This document shows, piece after piece, positions 13,233-26,149 of a DNA stretch of 64,000 bases. Numbering within the stretch: the stretch's first letter is position 1; the number at the start of each line of letters is the position of its first letter. The DNA comes from Eledone cirrhosa. Lineage: Eukaryota. The position numbers were made by a program, and so were the translations under genes. The stretch covers positions 374,604,001 to 374,668,000 of the forward strand of contig OZ024742.1 of the NCBI GenBank assembly GCA_964016885.1, read 5' to 3'. Below the pieces are notes generated by a model. That model saw only the letters and a list, made by a program, of their open reading frames with translations. It was not told where the DNA came from and did not search any database.

Positions 13233-13285
13233 GCTTCTTTAATTTCTAAATCTTCAGCTCATGGTTGACATATCCTACACTGAGC

Positions 13286-13566
13286 CCTAAATTAACCATA
13301 CATCTGTTAGACAGTGCAATAGACACTAAATTAAGTCTACATCTGTTAGACAGTGCAATAGACACTAAATTAAGTCTACATCTGTTAGACAGTGCAATAG
13401 ACACTAAATTAAGTCTACATCTGTTAGACAGTGCAATAGACACTAAATTAAGTCTACATCTGTTAGACATTGTAATAGACATTAAATTAACCATACATCT
13501 GTTAGACAGTGTAATAGACATTAAATTAACTATACATCTGTTAGACAGTGTAATAGTCACTAAATT
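13286..13566. repeat. 39-bp minisatellite (CATCTGTTAGACAGTGCAATAGACACTAAATTAAGTCTA)n, about 7 copies
   Basis: Direct tandem unit. It explains the 13-aa periodic ORFs 13246..13647 and 13265..13684. Confidence 0.95.
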
Positions 13567-13635
13567 ACTATATATGTGGTGGAAAACTATTTTTTTCATT
13601 TCTGACATGATTTCTGGAGGAATCAAATTGTGTTT

Positions 13636-15073
13636 TATTAAACACAAAGTCCCTCCCCAGGGAAGAATGCACCTTCCAACATAACTTAGTAGTTAGCGAC
13701 CTTATAGTCAGGGCTAGAACTCGACAACAGAAGCCAACCTGGAGGAGACAAGTATAGAAGTTAAAAGACCCATCAAACAGTGACAAATTTAGAAGTATGT
13801 TGACCGACGCCTTCGACAGCAAGGAAGAGCAAATAGAGTCATACGATACAGAGGAGCAGTGGGAGTTCCTGAAAGATAACCTACTGAAGATGACAGATGA
13901 AATCTGTGGTTGGAGTAAGTCTCTTGGGAGATAGAGAGTGACTTGGTGGTGGAATAGTAAAGTAGATGAGACAATTAAGGCCAAAAGATAGGCTTGAAAA
14001 GATTGGCGCAATGGGGGTAACAAGGAAGTTTACCTGAAGACTAGGAGAGAAGCTAGGTGACAAGTTTATCTCACTAGAAAGGAAGCAGAAAACAAAAAAT
14101 TTAAGCATGTTTTGCAGTGTGAGGATCAAAGACGTGAGGTGTTCAGGATCGCTAGACAGTGTGACAGGGAAAATTGTGATGTCAGTGGGGAGAAGTGTTT
14201 CAGAAATGATTTCAGCAAGCTTGCTCTCACTGACGCTGAAAAGAAGGTAGCATGGAAGTGTCACTATGAAAGATTACTAAATGAGGAGAATATATGTCGA
14301 CCCAACAGAGGGACTGGCTGTACAAGTTAGCGGTGGTATAGTAAGTAAGGCAATCAGGGATATGAAGTCAGGCAGGGCAGCTAGCCCCTCAGGGATAGTT
14401 GCTGAGATGCTGAAAACTTCAGGTATGGTGGGCCACACCATAGTCTCCCGCATTGTAAACCAAATTGTACAAAATGGTGTAATACCCAATGACTGGTGTA
14501 GCAGCATCATCATAAACTGCTACAAGAGCAAAGATGATGCTCTAGATAGGGAAAACTATAGAGGCATTAAGTTGGTTGACCAGGTTATGAAGGTCACTGA
14601 AAGAGTCTTAACTCAGCTGATTAGAGAACGTGTTAACATAGATGAGATGCAATTTGGATTTGTCCCAGGTAGGAGTACCACAGATGCCCTCTTCCTTATA
14701 AGACAACTGCAGAAGTACCTAGCTAAGAATAAGCCCCTCTACTGGCTTTTGTTGACCTTGAGAAAGCTTTTGACAGAGTCCCCCATTCCATTATCTGGTG
14801 GGCCTTTAGGAAACTAGGAGTTGATGAATGACTTGTAAGGGCAAATCAAGCAATGTATAGAAGAACAGCCAGTAAGGTTAGAATTAACAATGACTATAGT
14901 GAAAAATTTAGCATGCATTCTGGTGTCCATCAGGGCTCTGTTCTTAGACCCCTTCTGTTTATTATCATTCTGCAGCGAGACACAGTCACCCGACCCAACT
15001 TACCTTTAAATGGGACAAACTCGTCTAACCCTTGCTAGTGTGGAAGATAGACGTTAATCGATGATGATGATGA
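13636..15073 (+). mobile_element. RTE LINE fragment (linker and N-terminal RT) with an internal deletion joining directly to the 3' tail
   Basis: ORFs 14112..14330, 14281..14817 and 14853..15038 match the RTE RT. After QGSVL.PLLFIIILQ (~14975) the sequence jumps to the 3' UTR and ends in GATGATGATGATGA. Confidence 0.9.
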
Positions 15074-15176
15074 TTAAACCTGATACACTTTCATTAAGGA
15101 CGATGTAGAGCCATTTACAGCTACTTTACATCCTGGGTAATGCTGGGTATTACTCTAGAGTATTATGTATATATAT

Positions 15177-15432
15177 TTCTTGAAGATGTTGTTGTGTTCC
15201 AATTGATTCAATCAACAAAACTGCTCAGGAAATTAACATGTAAGTGGCTGAGCATTCCAATGACATGTGCTTCCTTAACTTAGTTCTCAGTGAAATTCAG
15301 TCTGTCAGAATGTATGACAAGGATGGCCTCTTGAATTACAAGTACAATTCATTTTTGCCAGGGGGAGTGAAATAAAGTGTCTTGCTTAAGGACACAACTT
15401 ACTGTCCAGTCCTGTAATTGAACTCGGGATCG
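15177..15432 (-). mobile_element. tRNA-derived SINE remnant
   Basis: GTGAAATAAAGTGTCTTGCTTAAGGACAC is the reverse complement of the block that follows the tRNA-like head at 32390-32508. B-box-like GAGTTCAATT on the minus strand. Confidence 0.6.
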
Positions 15433-16189
15433 TGGATAATGTAGATGAAGTAGTGAAGTCTGACTTCAGGAAACTGAGCCTCACAACAGAGATGACAAAA
15501 GACCACAATGATTCAATATATATAGGACTAGAGATGACCCTCCCACTGCAATAAACAAGCTCCCTAATATGCCCTTCTTAACCCCACTCTTTCTCTATAT
15601 CTACTGTGCTATCTGCTACATCTTTATACCACTCTACCTTCCCATCACCTATCTATTGCATCCTCTGTGTCACAACCATATAGCAGGATGTGTAAGTTGG
15701 CTCCTCCATACTTGACACCCTCCACCATCACTCTTTATTGCTATTCTTATCATCATTGTACATCTCTTGTACATCTCACCCCACCTTTCTCTCTCATCAC
15801 TCTGTTTCACCCCACTACACTCATCATACATCTCTGTTCCATCTTAACCCTGTTCCCCTTCTATTTAATTCTTAAACAAGACAGCCTCCTTAGTGTTGGT
15901 GCTTCTATAAAATACACTCAGTATACCCTGTCAAGTGGTTTACATTCAACCAGTAATAACATAGGATAGATAGTGCTCTTTAGTCAAGTCAAGGTCTTGA
16001 CAGCCTCTCTAGTGTTGGTGTCACTATAAAACACCCAGTATATCCAGCTGTAGAAAGCATGCTAACACTGAAACATGTGGAAGCAAGATATGGCCCTTGG
16101 CCTGTCAATGAGGACACTTATCTCCAATTAAGTACTGACTCTACCTGTAATGGCCTATCAAATATATTAATGATTTAATATATATATAT

Positions 16190-16530
16190 TATCATCATCA
16201 CTGTTTAACGTTCATTTGTCCACGCTGGGTTAACAAGTTAAGATGTGAGCCAAGCCAGAGCAGATGGCTATCTCCAGCTCACACTGGACCAATTTTGGCT
16301 TGGTTTCTATGGCTGGATGCCCTTCCTAATGCCAACCAGATTCACAGTATATACTGGGTGCCTTTTATCGTGGTACCAAAACCACTTTACAGTGTGGACT
16401 GGGTGCTTTTTTTCTTGACACCTATACGACCACTTTACAGTGAGGACTGGGTGCTTTTTGTTGTGACACCTTCATGACCACTTTACAGTGTGGGACTGGG
16501 TGCTTTTTGTTGTGGCACAAGAAAGCATCA
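16190..16530 (-). mobile_element. RTE-tail non-autonomous element with 48-bp internal tandem units
   Basis: (ATC)n tail next to a TA run, GGCTGGATGCCCTTCCTAA motif, and about 4 units of ACCACTTTACAGTGTGGACTGGGTGCTTTT. Confidence 0.75.
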
Positions 16531-16738
16531 CTTTACCATGTGGACTGGGAGTGGAGGTGCATGGGGATTGGAGAGGTAGATCTAGCGTGTTGTACTTTTT
16601 AGGGTAGGGGTAGATTAAAGGGGTGTTAGGACGTTGAAGTTGTATGGAAAGAGGATGTAAGGGAGAATAGTGCAAACTAGATGTATGCTTCAACCTGTGC
16701 ACATGGGAAGGCTGACCGTCTATATTATTTCATAAGAA

Positions 16739-16920
16739 TTGGCAGTATCGGTAGAGGGTTGGACGCCATGCTTTCTAGCATAGTTACATCCCTTTACAGT
16801 CTGAGTTCAAATCCCGCCGAGGTTAACTTTGCCTTTCATCCTTACGGGGTCGATAAAATAAAGTACCAGTAATGTACTGGGTAATTGCTGGCCTTGTGCC
16901 AAAAGTAGAAACAATTATTT
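16739..16920 (+). mobile_element. SINE (family with GAGTTCAAATCCC...TTTGCCTTTCATCC...GGGGTCGATAAAATAAAGTACCAG core)
   Basis: A-box-like TGGCAGTATCGG and B-box GAGTTCAAATCC. The core recurs at 36968, 37137, 47140, 52672 and 56270. It resembles the Meta/Sauria-SINE central domain (from memory). Confidence 0.8.
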
Positions 16921-16934
16921 CATAATGCCAGAGA

Positions 16935-17118
16935 TCTCAATCCTGTGTCATCACCCTTGAGAGGTATAATTGTGCAAGGTCAGCTTTTATCATCTCATCT
17001 CATGTCTTCCTACGGCTTCCCACTCCATAGCTTCCACCAACTTTGAGTGCCCTGCACCTTTTTATACAGCTGTTATCCTTCATACACATCACATGCCTAT
17101 ACCAATGCAATCTCCTCA
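16935..17118 (-). mobile_element. Old RTE C-terminal fragment
   Basis: Minus strand reads RRLHWYRHVMCMKDNSCIKRCRALKVGGS. Confidence 0.75.
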
Positions 17119-17129
17119 TATATATTGTA

Positions 17130-17630
17130 TATCATCATCATCACCGTTTTACGTCCATTTTTCCACACTAGCATGGGTTAGACGGGTTGTCCTGTTGTGG
17201 GCAATGTTAGGTCAGCTGACCTTATCTTGCTCATACTGGAACTGATTTTGGCTTGATTTCTACAGCTGGATGCCCTTCCTAACACCAACCTCATTTACAG
17301 TGAGTGGTGGGTGCTTTTTTTTTGTGGTGCCTACATGACCACTTTACAGTGGGAGGGGATGGGGCCATATGGTCTATATGCTTCAGCTTGTTCCCGTGGC
17401 AAGTCGGGTCTTAATAATAATGAAATTATTGTGTACAGTGCTCAGGTGCACTACAACTCATCAAATGTGCATGTATAGTACATAGAATAATATACAAATG
17501 TCAGGAAAATGAACAGTGTACGAGTTATGAAATACATCTTCTGTATTACTGCGTGACACCAGAGGTCACGGTCTTGTGTCATCGCCGTTGAGAGGTGCAA
17601 TTGGGCAAGGTCCGCTTTTATCACCTTATC
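17130..17630 (-). mobile_element. RTE subfamily B 3' end, interrupted by a CR1 3' fragment
   Basis: (ATC)n tail and a 3' UTR homologous to 56678-57100. The ORF end DKVIKADLAQLHLS is present. Confidence 0.9.
17413..17536 (-). mobile_element. CR1 family 1 3'-UTR fragment nested in an RTE
   Basis: Matches 8166-8288 and the reverse complement of 46878-47000. TCTT is repeated at both junctions. Confidence 0.9.
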
Positions 17631-18808
17631 CTGGGTCTCAAAGTCAACCTGGCAAAAACTAAGGTCCTCATAAGTAGACAAGAAAACAGAACCCAGATCC
17701 CCTCAGGGAAATGGCCTTGCACAGTATGTAGGAAAGGTGTCGGTAGGAACTCCATCTTCTGCTCCAAATGCAAACAATGGGTACACAAGAGATGTAGTGG
17801 GATCTTAGGAAGCTTAATTAAGAATGTAGGCTTTACATGTAGCAGCTGTGCTGGGGCAGCAAACCGCCACAGGAAACAAGCACCACCAAATTCTGGGAGG
17901 GCTCTGTAGAAACAGTAGACAACTTTTGCTACCTAGGTGGACGTTCAGAAAGTACAGTAACCAGGGTAAGAACGGAGTGGAAGAAGTTCAGGGAGCTACT
18001 GCCACTGCTAGCTGCAAAAGGCTTTTCCCTCAAAGTTAAAGGCAGACTGTATGATGCGTGTATACGAACAGCAATGTTGTATGGTAGTGAGACCTGGGCG
18101 CTGTGTGTAGAAGACTTGCGTTAATTAGAAAGAAACGAAGCTTGCCTGCTCTGATGGATGTGTAATAGTAATATACGCGACTGGCAAAGAGCATAAATGA
18201 ATTGAGAGAGAGACTGAGCACAAGAGGAATCAAATGCTGTGTGCAGGAGAGGCGGTTGCGTTGGTATGGACATGTGATGCGTATGAAGGATGACAGCTAC
18301 ATAAAAAGGTGCAGAGCACTAGAAGTCGATGGAAGCCGTGGAGGGGGGAGACCCAAGAAGACCTGGGATGAGGTGATAAAAGTGGACCTTACCCAATTGC
18401 ACCTCTCATCAAAGGCGATGACACAGGACCGTGACCTCTGGCATCATGCAGTAATACAGAGTACCCGACTTCCCATGGATATAAGCCGAAGCTGAAGCAT
18501 ATAGACAATACCCCCCCCCCCCCCCCACACACACACACTGCAAAGTGGTTGTGGAGGTGCCATGGCAAAAAAAGCACCCAGCCCGCTCTGTAAAGTGGAC
18601 AGTAGGCACCACGGAAAAAAAGCACCCAGCACTCACTGTAAATGAGGTTGGTGTTATGAAGGGCATCCAGCTGTAGAAATCAAGCCAGAATCAGTTCCAG
18701 TATGAGCAAGACAAGGTCAGCCGACCGGACATTGCCCACAACAGCACAACCCGTGTAACCCATGCTAGTGTGGAAGAACGGACGAAAAACGATGATGATG
18801 CTGATGAT
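17631..18808 (+). mobile_element. RTE subfamily B, 5'-truncated (PHD-type finger, RT C-terminus, 3' UTR)
   Basis: ORFs 17595..17909 and 18202..18495, with a (GAT)n tail followed by TA. Confidence 0.93.
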
Positions 18809-18817
18809 ATATAATAT

Positions 18818-21643
18818 ATCATCATCATCATCATCATCAAGGTTTAGCGTCCGTGTTCCACGCTTGCATGGGTTTGGACGGGGGTTTTCCCACTTGAGGC
18901 AAGAGTGGTTGTCTTGCTCGCATAGAACTGTCTGGCGGGTTTTCTACAGCTGGATGCCCTTCCTAACACCAACCACATTTACAGTGTGGGGCTGGGAGGT
19001 TTTTACCGTGTTGCCTACACGGCCACATTACAGCGTGGACTGTGTGTTTTTTTGTCGTGACACCTACATGATCTCATTTGTTTCGGCCTGGATGTTGTGG
19101 CACCAACATAACTTTACATTGAAAGGGGCGGTGTGGATGGGGTGGGGCTGGTGGGACGGGGGTGTGTTTTGATAGAGATGCCTACTGCCTGTAGTAGGTT
19201 TTACTTTGTATTTAGGTAAGGCGGGTCTTCTCTATTACTGAGTACCGCCAAAGGTCTCGGTCCAGTGACATTGTCTTGGAGAGGTGTAAGTGTGTGAGGT
19301 CGGAATTTATCATGTCGTCCCAGGTTTTTCTGGGTCTGCCTACTCTGTGGCTACCGTCTATCTTTATTGCCCTGCACTTTGTTATACAGCTGTCGTCTTT
19401 CATGCGCATCACGTGACCGTACCAACGTAGCCTTCTCTCAAGTAAACAACATCTGATCCCTCTTATTTCTAATTTTTTCCTTAGTTCGTTTATGTTTGGC
19501 CGTTCACGTATATTACTATTGCACATCCAGCGGAGCATGCAAGCTTCGTTCCTCTCTAGTCTGCGTATATCCTCTGCACACAATGCCCAGGTCTCACTGC
19601 CATGCAGCATTGCTGTTCGTATGCAGGCATCGTATAAACTGCTTTCATTTTTAGGGAGAACCCTTTGGCGGCTAATAGTGGTATAAGCTCTCTGAACTTT
19701 TTCCATCCAGTTCTGACTCTAGCTACTGTACTTTCAGAGCACCCTCCCCCACTGCTGATTTTGTCACCCAGGTAACGGAAGCTGTCCACTATTTCTATAG
19801 AACTCTCTGCGCAATTGAAAGAGCTAGTATTTTGTGGGCACTTGCTGCTACTTATTGCACCAGAGCACCGGCCACATGTAAAATCTATGTTCTTAGTTAG
19901 CTTACCTGTGATCCCACTACATCTTTTATGCACCCATACTTTGCATTTGGGACATAAAATGGAGTTTCTACCTACGCCTTTCCTACACACTGAGCATGGC
20001 CATTTCCCGGAAGGGACCGCCGCCTTATTTTCTTTCCTACAAACTAGAACTTTAGTCTTAGCCAGGTTAATTTTAAGGCCTTTTGATTCTAGGCCGTGCT
20101 TCCATGTTTGGAATTTCTTCTCTAGTTAGGTCATTGATTCAGCTATGAGCGTTAGATCATCTGCGTATAGGAGTTACCATGGGCAGCCGGTCTTGAACTC
20201 CTCTGTTATAGCCTGAAGGGCAATAATAAATAGTAGGGGGCTAAGAACAGAGCCCTGATGGACACCAACTTTTACGCTAAACTCTTCACTATATTCGTTG
20301 TTAATTCTAACCTTGCTGACTGTTTCTTTATACATGGCTTGTATAGCTCTCACAAGCCATTCGTCAACACCTAGTTTTCTAAGAGCCCACCAGATAATGG
20401 AACGGGGGACTCTGTCGAAGGCTTTCTCCAAGTCAACAAAAGCTAAGTATAGGGGTTTACTTTTAGCTAGGTACTTCTCCTGTAGTTGTCGTACAATGAA
20501 AAGAGCGTCTGTGGTACTTTTGCCTGACACAAACCCGAACTGCATTTCATCTAGATCAATTCTCTCTCTGATTAGTTGCGCTATTACTTTTTCCGTGACC
20601 TTCATGACCTGGTCGATTAATTTAATGCCTCTATAGTTACACCTATCTAGGGCATCTCCTTTACCCTTGTAACAGTTAATGATGATGCTGCTATGCCAGT
20701 CCTTCGGAACAACCCCATTCTGTATGACTTGGTTTACTATCCGGGTGACCATGGTGTGTCCCATTGTTCCAGAGGCTTTCAGCATCTCAGCAACCATTTC
20801 CGAAGGCCCAGCCGCCTTACCCGTCTTCATATCTTTGATTGCCTTACTTATTATACTACCTTCGACTAACACTGCTGGTCCCTCTATTGGGTCGATGTGG
20901 GGGAGACTGTCTTTCTCCCATTTGTTCTCCTCATTTAGAAGCCTTTCGTAGTGACACTTCCAAGCTACCTTCTTATCAGCGTCAGTGATGGCAAGTATGC
21001 CATCATCATTAAGTACACACTTCTCCCCGACAATATCACGGTTTTCCTTGACACATTGCCTAACAATCCTGAACACCTCACGTTTTTGGTCCTCACGTTG
21101 TAGCACATGCTTGAACTTTCTTTCCTCTGCTTCCCTTCTTGCGAAGTACACTTGTCTCCTAGCTTCCCTCCTGGCCACTTGATAGTCTTCTCTACTTCAC
21201 CCATCACGCCATACTTTCCAAGCCTGCTTTTTGGCTTTAATTGACTCCTCCACCTTACTGTTCCACCACCATGTTACTCTCCTCCTGCCTACAGGCCTGC
21301 TCCAGCCACAGACTTCGTCTGCCGCCGTCAGCAGGTTTGCTTTCAGGAACTCCCACTGTTCCTCTATATTATACGACTCTAATTGCTCTTCCTTACTGTC
21401 GAAAGCATCAAGTAATATGCTTTGAAATTTATTTCTGGCTATGGGGTCCTTTAGCTTCCATATTTTTCTCCTGAGGATAGTCCTCTTCTGCTGTCTAGTA
21501 CGTCTCGTCCTGACTATGAGGTCGCTAATTATCAGTCTATGTTGGGAGGTGCATTCTTCATGGGGGAGGGATTTAGTGTTAACAACAGACACTCTGTCAC
21601 GTCTTCTGGTAAGGATATAATCTACCTGGCTTGTGTGTTCCCC
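18818..21643 (-). mobile_element. RTE subfamily A, 2.8 kb, 5'-truncated at the end of the endonuclease
   Basis: ORFs 21197..21592, 20174..21178, 19556..19990 and 19212..19706. QGSVLSPLLF and LYADD (~20156-20170). (ATC)n tail; TA runs at both ends. Confidence 0.96.
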
Positions 21644-21761
21644 ATATATATAATATATGCAAGCAGGGAAAAGCGGACATAAAATGATGAAGATGATGAT
21701 GATGATATGTATATTATATATATATAAGAAGAAATTAAAAGATGGTTAGAAAAGTTCCATG

Positions 21762-21832
21762 TATTTTATTATGTGCATTTCAAAAACAAATATCATCCAG
21801 GGACGATATGTGCGTTCTCATCAGATAAAATA
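21762..21832 (-). ncRNA. Candidate minimal type I hammerhead ribozyme
   Basis: Minus strand: UAUUUUAU-CUGAUGA-[stem II]-GAAA-UGCACA-UA-AUAAAAUA. Stem I is 8 bp. Confidence 0.6.
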
Positions 21833-22322
21833 GGGAGACATGATATGAAGCTTAAAAAAACACTTGTGAGCAAGGTAGTGTCTAAACAACATATGATAAA
21901 TAAATTTAAAAGGATATAGGAGATTGGAAAAAATGAAAGGAGGGGGAGAAGGGTAAGGAAGATGAAGAAAGAAAAAAGGGAAGGATAACGGAGGAAGGAG
22001 AGAGAGAGGAGAGAAAAGAGAGAGAGATAAACATTTAAACTGAGAAACGCTGTCTCACACAGAGATGACTGAAAAAAACCGTTGTAAAATTTATAAACGA
22101 ATTAAATAAATTAATAAGATTTTAAATTTAAAAGTTAATGAGGTTTATGGATGATGATGCTTATGATTACAGATATAGAAATTAAGTTTACTATTTATTT
22201 AGGGTTTAAATAGTGAAAGATTTATTAAAAAAGTATTATTAAGATAAAATAAAGTGAAATAAGATAAGGTGAATGAAAATAAAGTTAGATGATTTATATA
22301 TATATTATATATATTATATAAA

Positions 22323-22363
<41 letters not shown>

Positions 22364-22377
22364 TATATAAATATATA

Positions 22378-23532
22378 TAGGAGTAGGCAGAAATTCCATT
22401 TTATGTCCCAAATGCAAAGTATGGGTAGATAAAAGATGTAGTGGGATCACAGGTAAGCTATCTAACAACGTAGATTTTATATGTCGCCGATGCAATAAGT
22501 AGCAAGTGCCCACAGGATATTAGCTCCTTCTATTGCCCACATGGTTCTATAGAAATAGTAGACACTTTCCATTACCTGGGTGACGAAATCAGCAGTGGTG
22601 GAGGGTGTTCTGAAAGTACAGTAGTCAGAGTCAGAACGGGATGGAAAAAGTTCAGAGAGCTTATACCTCTGTTGGCCTCAAAAGGTTTCTCTCTAAAAAT
22701 GAAAGGCAGATTGTATGATGCCTGTGTACGAACAACAATGTTACATGGCAGTGAGACATGGGCTTTGTGGGCAGAGGATCTGCGCAGACTCGAGAGGAAT
22801 GAAGCATACATGCTCCGTTGGATGTGTAATAGTAATATACGCGAACGGCAAAGCATAATTGAACTAAGTAAGAAATGAGGAATAAGAGGGATCAGATGCT
22901 GTTTACTCAAGAGAAGACTACGTTGGTATGGTCACGTGATGCACATGAAAGACGACAGCTGTATAAAAAAGTGCAGGGCGATTAAAATTGATGAAAGTTA
23001 CGGAGTAGGTAGACCCAGAAAAACCTGGGACGACTTGATAAATTCCGACCTTACACACTTATACCTCTCTAAGACAATGTTACTGGACCAAGATCTTTGG
23101 CGCTACGCAGTAATACAGAAGACACGCCTTGCCTATGTACAAAGCGAAACCTACAGTCAGTAGGCACCTCTTAACCAAATATATACCCCATCCCACTACC
23201 CCTGCTCCCCCCACTCCCACCAACACCACCCCTTTCTCTGTAAAGTTATGTTGGTACCACAACATCCAGTCCAAAATAAATGAGGTTGTGTAGGTATCAC
23301 GACAAAAAAACACAGTCCACACTGTAATGTGGCCGTGTAGGTAAAAACCTCCCAGTCCACACTGTAAATGTGGTTGGTGTTAGGAAGGGCATCCAGCCGT
23401 AGAAAACCTGCCAGACAGTCCTAGACGAGTGAGACATGGTCACCCGACCAATCTTGCCTCAAATAGGACAATTCCCGTCTAAATTCATGCTAGCATGGAA
23501 GATAGACGTTAAACGATGATGATGATGATGAT
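22378..23532 (+). mobile_element. RTE subfamily A, 5'-truncated
   Basis: Starts within the Zn finger (GVGRNSILCPKCKVW). ORFs 22672..22878 and 22936..23163. (GAT)n tail; TA runs on both sides. Confidence 0.93.
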
Positions 23533-23552
23533 ATTATATTTGTATATATTAT

Positions 23553-23988
23553 ATCATCATCATCATCATCATCATTGTTTAACGTCCATCTTCCACGCTT
23601 GCATGGGTTTGGACGGAAGTTTTCCCACTTGAGGCAAGATCCTGCTCGTATAGGACTCTCTGGCGGATTTTCTACGGCTGGATGCCCTTCCCAACACCAA
23701 CCACGTTTACAGTGTCGACTGGGAGGTTTTTACCGTGTTACCTACACGGCCACATTACAGCGTGGACTGTGTGTTTTTTTTTGTTGTGACACCTACACGT
23801 CTGGCGGGTTTTCTACGGCTGGTTGCCCTTCCCAACACCAACCACATTTACAAGTGTGGACTGGGAGGTTTTTACTGTGTTACCTACACGGCCACATTAC
23901 AGTGTGGACTGTGTGTTTTTTTGTCGTGACACATACATGACCTCATTTGTTTCGGACTGGATGTTGTGGTACCAACATAACTTCACAT
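23553..23988 (-). mobile_element. RTE subfamily A 3' UTR only, with a ~139-bp internal duplication
   Basis: Reverse complement of 61147-61578. TA-flanked. Confidence 0.9.
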
Positions 23989-24042
23989 TATATATATTAT
24001 ACATACATATATATATAATATATATATTATATATATATATAT

Positions 24043-25929
24043 AAAAATCAAACTCAACCCCAAAGTGTTCTTTTCATTTGCAAAAAAACACAAGGTCACT
24101 GTCTCCACTGTTGGCCCTCTAGTTGATGAAAATGGCATTTTCCAAGATAATTCTAAAACCATGGGCGAAATACTGAAGAAACCATACTGCACTGTTTTCA
24201 GCAATTCTGATATGGCCGATCTGGGCTGTATCAGTGATGTTAATCCCCAACACACTATATCAGACATAACGTTTGGTCTCCTTGATGTTTTAGCGGCAAT
24301 AAACGAAATTAAACACAATTCAGCAGTAGGCCCCGACAGGTTCCCTGCTTGTGTCCAGAAGGTGTGTTGACACCAACTTGCATCTCCCCTTGCTAATCTG
24401 TGGAGGAACTCACTGGATACTGGCTATATTCCTGAAAACCTTCTGTCCCAGTTTTCAAAAAGGGAAACAAGTCCCTTGCAGTGAACTACTGTCTGATCTC
24501 ACTCTCCTCTCAGATCATCAAGGTATTTGAGAGGGTGGTGAGATCACGAATAACCCAGTTTCTCGAAAGCAACGGACTGCTGAACTCCAACCAACGTGGG
24601 TTCTGTAAAGGAACGGACTGCCTAACACAGCTCCTGCATCACTTTGATGATGTTTTGAGACCTTTGGGAGAGGGCTCCAACACTGATGTCATCTACCTTG
24701 ATTTCAGCAAGGCCTTTGACAGGGTTGATCATAAGATTCTATTGGAAAAACTATCCAATATTGGTGTCTCTGGAAAATGACTGCAATGGATCAAGTGTTT
24801 CCTGACAGACAGAACCTAACATGTTGTAGTCGAATTAGTAAAATCAAGCCCTGCCAAAGTCAGCAGTGGCGTCCCACAAGGCACTGTGTTGGGCCCACTT
24901 CTTTTTATCATCTACATTAATGACATTACTGACATCATCAAGCACAGCAACATAAGAATCTTTGTAGATGATTCCAAGCTCCAGAGGGTCATCAATGAGG
25001 TGGGTGACCGGACTTGCCTTCAGTCAGACCTACTGGCTGTTATCCAATGGGCAGAAAAGAACAATATGCTGCTGAATGAGGATAAGTTCGAGTTAATCCA
25101 CTGTGGAAAAAAGGATACCCTGAAACTCCCATACTCTCTTCCTCCAGGTGAAACTCTCGTGGCATCCAACATCAGAGACTTGGGAGTAATTGTGGACAAC
25201 AACATAAGCTGGGCCACTCATATAAACAGTAAAGTTGACATGGTGTGCAGAATGTGTTCCTAGATTCTCAGAACCTTCCAGTCGAGAGATATCCACACTG
25301 TTATCCTTCTCTTCTCCACTTTTGCCTGACCTCACTTTGAATACTGTTGTCCACTGTGGTCACCCCACACGAAACAAAGTACCATGAAAGTTGAAGCACC
25401 CCAAAGGTCAATTATAAAAAAGCTAGATGGCATGACAAGCCTTGACTATTGGAGTCGATTAGAAACACTCAACCTTTATTCTCTCCAATGTTGCCGTGGG
25501 CACTACATTATCTGCATGAGGTGGAAAATATTCCATCAGGATTGCCCAAATGATGTTGGCTTCACCTTTAAGGTACACTCAAGGCTTGGGCCCCGTGCTA
25601 TCGGCCCACGACAAAAATCTCACTCGCATCACATAACAACAATGCGGCACAATTATTTCCCCTCAATTGGCCCCGCTCTCTTTAACATTACACCAAAACA
25701 CATTAAAACAGAAACAGACCCCATAAAGTTCAAGAAGTCTTTGGACAAATTCCTTCAAGAAATCCCGGATAAACCTCCGACACCAGGATATGTCTCCACA
25801 AACAATAACTCCATTCTAGAGTGGGCCATGGTATCCAAATGCTGATTTGAAAGACTTCGCCAGGTGGTGCTATTAAGTTAGACATGGCCTGGGCCATTAC
25901 TGGCCGAAACCTATCAAAGTTTAAAGTTT
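24043..25929 (+). mobile_element. CR1-group LINE family 2, 5'-truncated, degenerate RT
   Basis: YLDFSKAFDRVDH, VPQGTVLGPLLF, FVDDSK and C-terminal FKKSLDKFL..IPD.P. Tail TCAAAGTTTAAAGTTTT; (TA)n on both flanks. Confidence 0.92.
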
Positions 25930-25954
25930 TATATATATATAATATATATACTAT

Positions 25955-26020
<66 letters not shown>

Positions 26021-26149
26021 GATAAATCTACCAAGAGTTTACGGTAGTGTCCAATCCGTATGAAGAACTCAATGTAATCCGGATATCATAGAAAGAAGAG
26101 ATGCATTCAAAAATCACTTTCGGTGAAAGATAAACGGAATACAGAGTCA

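Noticed and set aside
13246-13684. Repeat proteins on both strands
   Set aside because: Artefact of the 39-bp minisatellite.
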